The notes under the pieces are model-generated. The model saw only the letters and a list, made by a program, of their open reading frames with translations. It was not told where the DNA came from and made no database searches. A stretch of 64,000 nt of DNA from positions 18,840 to 82,839 of the forward strand of contig CAYXIK010000007.1 of NCBI GenBank assembly GCA_964465315.1, written 5' to 3'. Numbering within the stretch: the stretch's first letter is position 1; each line of letters begins with the position of its first letter. A program made the position numbers and the translations under genes. Positions 60,570-64,000 of the stretch are shown piece by piece. Source of the stretch: an uncultured Gemmatimonadaceae bacterium (GTDB taxonomy: Bacteria > Gemmatimonadota > Gemmatimonadetes > Gemmatimonadales > GWC2-71-9).

Positions 60570-62122
60570 CCGATGGGGAGGTACACCTTGAAGTTGGACC
60601 CCACGCCGACCTGCGACTCGACATCGATCCGCCCCCGGTGCTCGGCGATGATGCCGTAGCAGATGGACAGACCCAACCCCGTCCCCCGCCCCTGCGGCTT
60701 GGTGGTGAAGAACGGCTCGAAGATCTTCGGCAGGTCCTCCCGCTTGATCCCGCTGCCGGTATCGATGAACTCGAGGAGGATCTCGTCCCGCCGGTCGGGA
60801 TTGATGCGGCTGCGGACCGTGAGCGTGCCCCGCGAATCCATCGCATCCATGGCGTTCAGCATCAGCGCCATGAAGCTCTGGATCAACCGCTCCTGGTCCG
60901 CGAGCACCACCGGCAGGTCCGCCGCCAGCTCGCGGATCACGGTCAGCCGCTTGAAGCGCGCGTGGAGCTTGAGGAGAAACAGTGTGCGTTCCACGACACT
61001 GTTCACGTCCAGCGGCTTCATGTCGCCCCCCCTCGGGCGCGAGAAGTCGAGCAGGCTCTCGACGATGCGACGACAGCGCTGGACCTCGGTGTCGATGATC
61101 TTCAGATATTCGTCGTACCCGTGGCGGTCTGTAGGCTCCAGGTCTGCCGCGCGGAGCGCGAGCGCCTCGCAGCAGGCCAGGATCGTCGCGAGCGGGTTGT
61201 TGATCTCGTGCATCACGCCGGCCGCAAGCTGACCCATGGCGGCCAGTTTCTCCGTCTCCGTCAGCCGTTGCTGGGCCTGACGCCACTCGGTGATGTCCTC
61301 GCCGATGGTGATGACGTGCGAGATGGTACGGCCGTCCTGCCGCATCGGAATCTTCGTGATCCGGTAATACCGGGCTTCGCCACTCGCCTGCGACTCCATC
61401 TCCACCTGCTGCAGCTCGCCCGTATCGAATACTCGATCGAACTCGCGCTTCAACAAGTCGCGGGGTTGCCGGTCGAGGACCTCGAAGATCTCGCGGCCGA
61501 CCGCATCGTCGCGCGATACGCCCTGGGTGCCGGTTTCGCGCTTGCGGTTCCAGGCACGGATGCGGTAGGTCCGATCGATCACATAGAGCCCGACGGGAAG
61601 GGAGTCGACGATCTGCGCGGCGAAGTTGCGCTGCGCCTCCATTTCGTGCGTCCGCAGCGCCACCTCGGACGCGAGGTCCTGCGACAGCTCGGTCGCGGCG
61701 ATCATGGGCGCGAGGATCCGCCCGACGACCACCATGACGTCGTGCGCGACGCCCTCGTAGCGGCCGGTGGGAATGATCACCTCGAGCGCGCCGAGCGCTT
61801 CGTCCTCGTGGATCAGGGGGAGCCGCATGATCGAGCCCCCGGGCACCTCTTCCCGCTGGGGCCCGTGGTGGACCCATTCCGCCACGGGAGGCGCGTAGCC
61901 GGGGAGCTCGGCTTCGTCACCCGGGGGGGTGACCGGCGCGAACTGAGTGCCGTCCGGCGTGCGCAGCCAGAGCCGGCAGCGGCGCAGATTGAGCCCGCGT
62001 CGTAGCGCGCTGACCACGCCGTGCAAGGCCTCCCCCGACGCGAGGCCGGCCTGCAGCACGGACGCCACCTCGGCGATCACCCGGATACCGGGATGCTCGG
62101 TATCGAGGGAGGGAGCGACCAT
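60566..62122 (-). CDS. cytoplasmic sensor histidine kinase with GAF-like and PAS domains
   Basis: The H-box region reads AAGVMHEINNPLATI, and the HATPase_c domain contains DTGSGI and GTGLGLSI. The start is taken at MVAPSLDTEHPG (ATG at 62122), 26 nt after the upstream gene. Confidence 0.8.
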   Translation of the reverse strand: MVAPSLDTEHPGIRVIAEVASVLQAGLASGEALHGVVSALRRGLNLRRCRLWLRTPDGTQFAPVTPPGDEAELPGYAPPVAEWVHHGPQREEVPGGSIMRLPLIHEDEALGALEVIIPTGRYEGVAHDVMVVVGRILAPMIAATELSQDLASEVALRTHEMEAQRNFAAQIVDSLPVGLYVIDRTYRIRAWNRKRETGTQGVSRDDAVGREIFEVLDRQPRDLLKREFDRVFDTGELQQVEMESQASGEARYYRITKIPMRQDGRTISHVITIGEDITEWRQAQQRLTETEKLAAMGQLAAGVMHEINNPLATILACCEALALRAADLEPTDRHGYDEYLKIIDTEVQRCRRIVESLLDFSRPRGGDMKPLDVNSVVERTLFLLKLHARFKRLTVIRELAADLPVVLADQERLIQSFMALMLNAMDAMDSRGTLTVRSRINPDRRDEILLEFIDTGSGIKREDLPKIFEPFFTTKPQGRGTGLGLSICYGIIAEHRGRIDVESQVGVGSNFKVYLPIG

Positions 62123-62148
62123 CGGTGGCAAAGCTAGGGATGCCGCTC

Positions 62149-62694
62149 CTAGCGCGCCAGCGCCGCCTCGAACCGCACGCCCAGGAACGGGCGCACCTGC
62201 GTCACGTTCCCGAAGAACACGGTCGGCCCGAACAGCAGCCCGAACTGGTCGCCGAACCGGATCCCGGGCAGCAGCGACACCGCTCCCCATGGCGACCCGA
62301 CGGGCAGCGGTGAGTTAGAGCCGGCGTACCCAGTGGTCTCTACGGTGACATCGACACCCACGCGAGTGGCGCTCGTGTCGGCCCCGAGCTCGGCGAGCCT
62401 CAGCGCGCGGGTGTGTGTCCCCAGCGTGACGCCGAACACGAAGCCGCGCGTCCCGCCGACGATCGCTCCCTCGTCGACGAACGAGCCAACGCGCCCCATG
62501 AGCGAGAACGCCGCGATCGGCCCACCCTGGACTCGCCGCATGTACCCCACGTCCAACCCCTCGATCTGCCACCCTCCACCGACGGTGAACGCGAGACCGC
62601 CCGTGAACCCGCCCCTTCCTCCACCCGCGCTCCCACCGCCCTGACTCGCCAGCGGCGTAGACAAAGCCGCCAGTGCTACCAACATTGTTCCCAT
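62149..62694 (-). CDS. hypothetical secreted Gly-rich protein
   Basis: Begins MGTMLVALAALSTPLASQGGG (signal peptide). Candidate starts are at 62694 or 62685. I recognised no family. Confidence 0.45.
   Translation of the reverse strand: MGTMLVALAALSTPLASQGGGSAGGGRGGFTGGLAFTVGGGWQIEGLDVGYMRRVQGGPIAAFSLMGRVGSFVDEGAIVGGTRGFVFGVTLGTHTRALRLAELGADTSATRVGVDVTVETTGYAGSNSPLPVGSPWGAVSLLPGIRFGDQFGLLFGPTVFFGNVTQVRPFLGVRFEAALAR
62658..62686 (+). promoter_or_regulatory. sigma70-like promoter (TAGACA-17-AACATT) ending 6 nt before the GH36-like ATG; predicts a leaderless mRNA
   Basis: TAGACA is at 62658-62663, followed by a 17-nt spacer and AACATT at 62681-62686, then GTTCCC-ATG (62693). There is no Shine-Dalgarno sequence. 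Confidence 0.35.
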
Positions 62695-64000
62695 GGACCG
62701 ACGCACGTTTGTTCTCCTCACTGGTGCCGCGGCCACCGCACCGTTCCACACCGCCCGGTCGATCGGACGATCCGGGAGAGGGGCGGTCGGCAGATTGCAG
62801 TTCGAGCTCGACGATCGCCGCCGTTGGTCGTTGTGGTACTACGGCGAAGGCTCCCCCGTTCCGCTCGTTCGGGGGGCCGACATCGTCGCGTGGGTCGGTG
62901 AGCAACCCATCACCCTCGCGGAGCTGGAAGATAGTACCGTGGGAAGCCGGCGCCCGCCGGGCGGAAACGCCGTCGTCGTGCGCGGCCGGGCGGCCGGCGT
63001 GTGGGTCGAGGCGGAGTTCCTCACCGACACCGACCGGTTCCAGGCCACGGTCACGGTGACGCTGTTCCCCGATCGCTTTCTGCCGACCGTGACCGCGGTC
63101 CGGTTCCTGAAGGTGTCGCACGCCGAGACGTTGGCGGGCGACGGACCACTCGAAGCGCTGATCAATGGCCAGACGTCCAACGATCCCTGCCGCGTGGTCA
63201 CGGTCGGAGCCCCCGAGACGGGCCAGATCGAAAGCCACGGCGCGCTCGGGCTCACACGAGGCCGCCGCGGCCTGGCCATCGCGTTCGACGGCGGGGAGCC
63301 CGGCCAGGCACGCGTCAAGCTCTCGTCGGACGGCCTCGAAGCGATCAGCGATTGGCGTCCGCCGCGGCCCTTGCGGCCGGAGGGCGATTCGTCGCGCATG
63401 CATCTGGGCTTCGATCCGGACGGAGACGGCCTGGAGGCCCTGACCGCGCTCTTCGTGCCTTCGTCCCGCGTGGATCAGGAGCGCCTGGCGCAAGCCGTCG
63501 TCCCCGCGGGATGGTGCTCACGGTCGGAGCTCTCGGGGTCCGTGGGTGAGGCGGACGTGATCGCGAACCTGGAGTTCTGCGCCGCGCACTTCGACCGTCG
63601 ATTCTTCCGTTATGTCGAGCTCGACGACGGCTATCAAACGGCAGTCGGCACGTGGGAGCCGAACGACCGGTTCCCGCACGGCCACCGCTGGCTCACGGAC
63701 CAGATCCACGCCAAGGGATTCAAAGCGGGTCTCTGGCTCGCACCGTTCGCCGTGTCCGAAGGGTCAGGGCTGCCCGCGGCCCATCCGGACTGGCTGTTGC
63801 GCGATGCCACCGGCCCCGTCGTGTGCGACACCCGAGAATCGTGGGGCGGCGCGATGTACGCGCTCGACGGCGCCAACCCGAAGGTCCAACAGTGGCTGTT
63901 CGACCTGGCCCGCCGGGTCGTGCAGGTCTGGGGTTACGACCATCTCCGCGTCGATCTGCTGCGCTGGGCGACCGCGGGCACGGCCCACTATGGCGGGTTG
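62693..64000 (+). CDS. alpha-galactosidase-like glycoside hydrolase (GH36 TmGalA-like subgroup, tentative) with a twin-arginine signal. The 3' end runs off the window.
   Basis: My own translation gives MDRRTFVLLTGAAATAPF... (Tat-like RRxFxL), then ...FFRYVELDDGYQTAVGTWEPNDRFPHGHRWLTDQIHAKGFKAGLWLAPF...GYDHLRVDLLRW... It is absent from the track because it has no stop in the window. Track ORFs in this region are in other frames. Confidence 0.6.
   Translation, partial: MDRRTFVLLTGAAATAPFHTARSIGRSGRGAVGRLQFELDDRRRWSLWYYGEGSPVPLVRGADIVAWVGEQPITLAELEDSTVGSRRPPGGNAVVVRGRAAGVWVEAEFLTDTDRFQATVTVTLFPDRFLPTVTAVRFLKVSHAETLAGDGPLEALINGQTSNDPCRVVTVGAPETGQIESHGALGLTRGRRGLAIAFDGGEPGQARVKLSSDGLEAISDWRPPRPLRPEGDSSRMHLGFDPDGDGLEALTALFVPSSRVDQERLAQAVVPAGWCSRSELSGSVGEADVIANLEFCAAHFDRRFFRYVELDDGYQTAVGTWEPNDRFPHGHRWLTDQIHAKGFKAGLWLAPFAVSEGSGLPAAHPDWLLRDATGPVVCDTRESWGGAMYALDGANPKVQQWLFDLARRVVQVWGYDHLRVDLLRWATAGTAHYGGL

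Noticed and set aside
60570-61877. The N-terminal 436 aa of the 658-aa track ORF 59901..61877.
   Set aside because: Only the C-terminal 222 aa (the OmpR-type regulator from ATG 60569) are protein-like. The upstream part is an out-of-frame overlap of the GAF/PAS kinase gene.
62673-63549. Track ORFs 62673..63059, 63001..63549 and 63165..63443 on the plus strand, and minus-strand ORFs 62315..63493 and 62839..63399. I also briefly suspected a frameshift near 63540.
   Set aside because: Careful re-indexing shows one continuous plus-strand frame from ATG 62693 to the window end, encoding the GH36-like protein. The listed ORFs are other frames or the other strand, with Arg/Pro/Ser-rich composition. 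No frameshift is present.

Overview
This is a GC-rich bacterial chromosomal window with strong G/C preference at third codon positions. It is densely packed with housekeeping and envelope genes. I saw no rRNA, CRISPR array, transposase or integrase. Taxon cannot be assigned without a database search.

Gene order, left to right:
- A nucleotide-sugar block on the minus strand: gmd-rmd, carB, murB and a WbpD/E/B/A-like set.
- rpmB, then the rpmJ-rpsM-rpsK-rpsD-rpoA-rplQ operon, preceded by pyrD-pyrF, an amidase and smpB.
- tRNA-Leu(CAG).
- A sulfur-carrier cysteine-synthesis operon: Rrf2 regulator, rhodanese, CysM, JAMM peptidase and a Ubl-E1-rhodanese fusion.
- aspA and a cupin.
- A roughly 10 kb co-directional, translationally coupled string: 2-oxoacid dehydrogenase E1a/E1b/E2, PHP, peroxiredoxin, SDR, a Rossmann protein, DUF309, TrxB, an MBL hydrolase and an AhpD-like gene.
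- CopZ, then inositol-lipid genes (CDP-alcohol transferase, Ino1) coupled to a cupredoxin and CopA.
- A murein and amino-sugar salvage cluster: NamZ-like, NagZ, a serine hydrolase, two SSS transporters and a BadF-type kinase, with erpA embedded.
- Three transporters and the H+-pyrophosphatase.
- An ExbB-ExbD-ExbD module with three TonB-like genes.
- A histidine kinase, response regulator, histidine kinase unit.
- A partial GH36-like alpha-galactosidase.

Most notable observations:
1. Two separate redox genes carry a single in-frame TGA exactly where their families have the catalytic or resolving cysteine (AhpD/CMD C-x-x-C, and Bcp peroxiredoxin T-P-G-C). Each TGA is followed by a hairpin, so both are candidate selenoproteins.
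2. A MoaD/ThiS/CysO-like beta-grasp domain ending in Gly-Gly is fused in cis to a MoeZ-type E1-rhodanese, next to a JAMM peptidase and CysM.
3. Sigma70-like promoters recur so close to start codons that the transcripts would be leaderless or nearly so.
4. Divergent gene pairs have start codons that physically overlap.

Many long ORFs in the supplied track are antisense or alternate-frame artefacts of the GC bias. Several real genes start well inside their track ORF.
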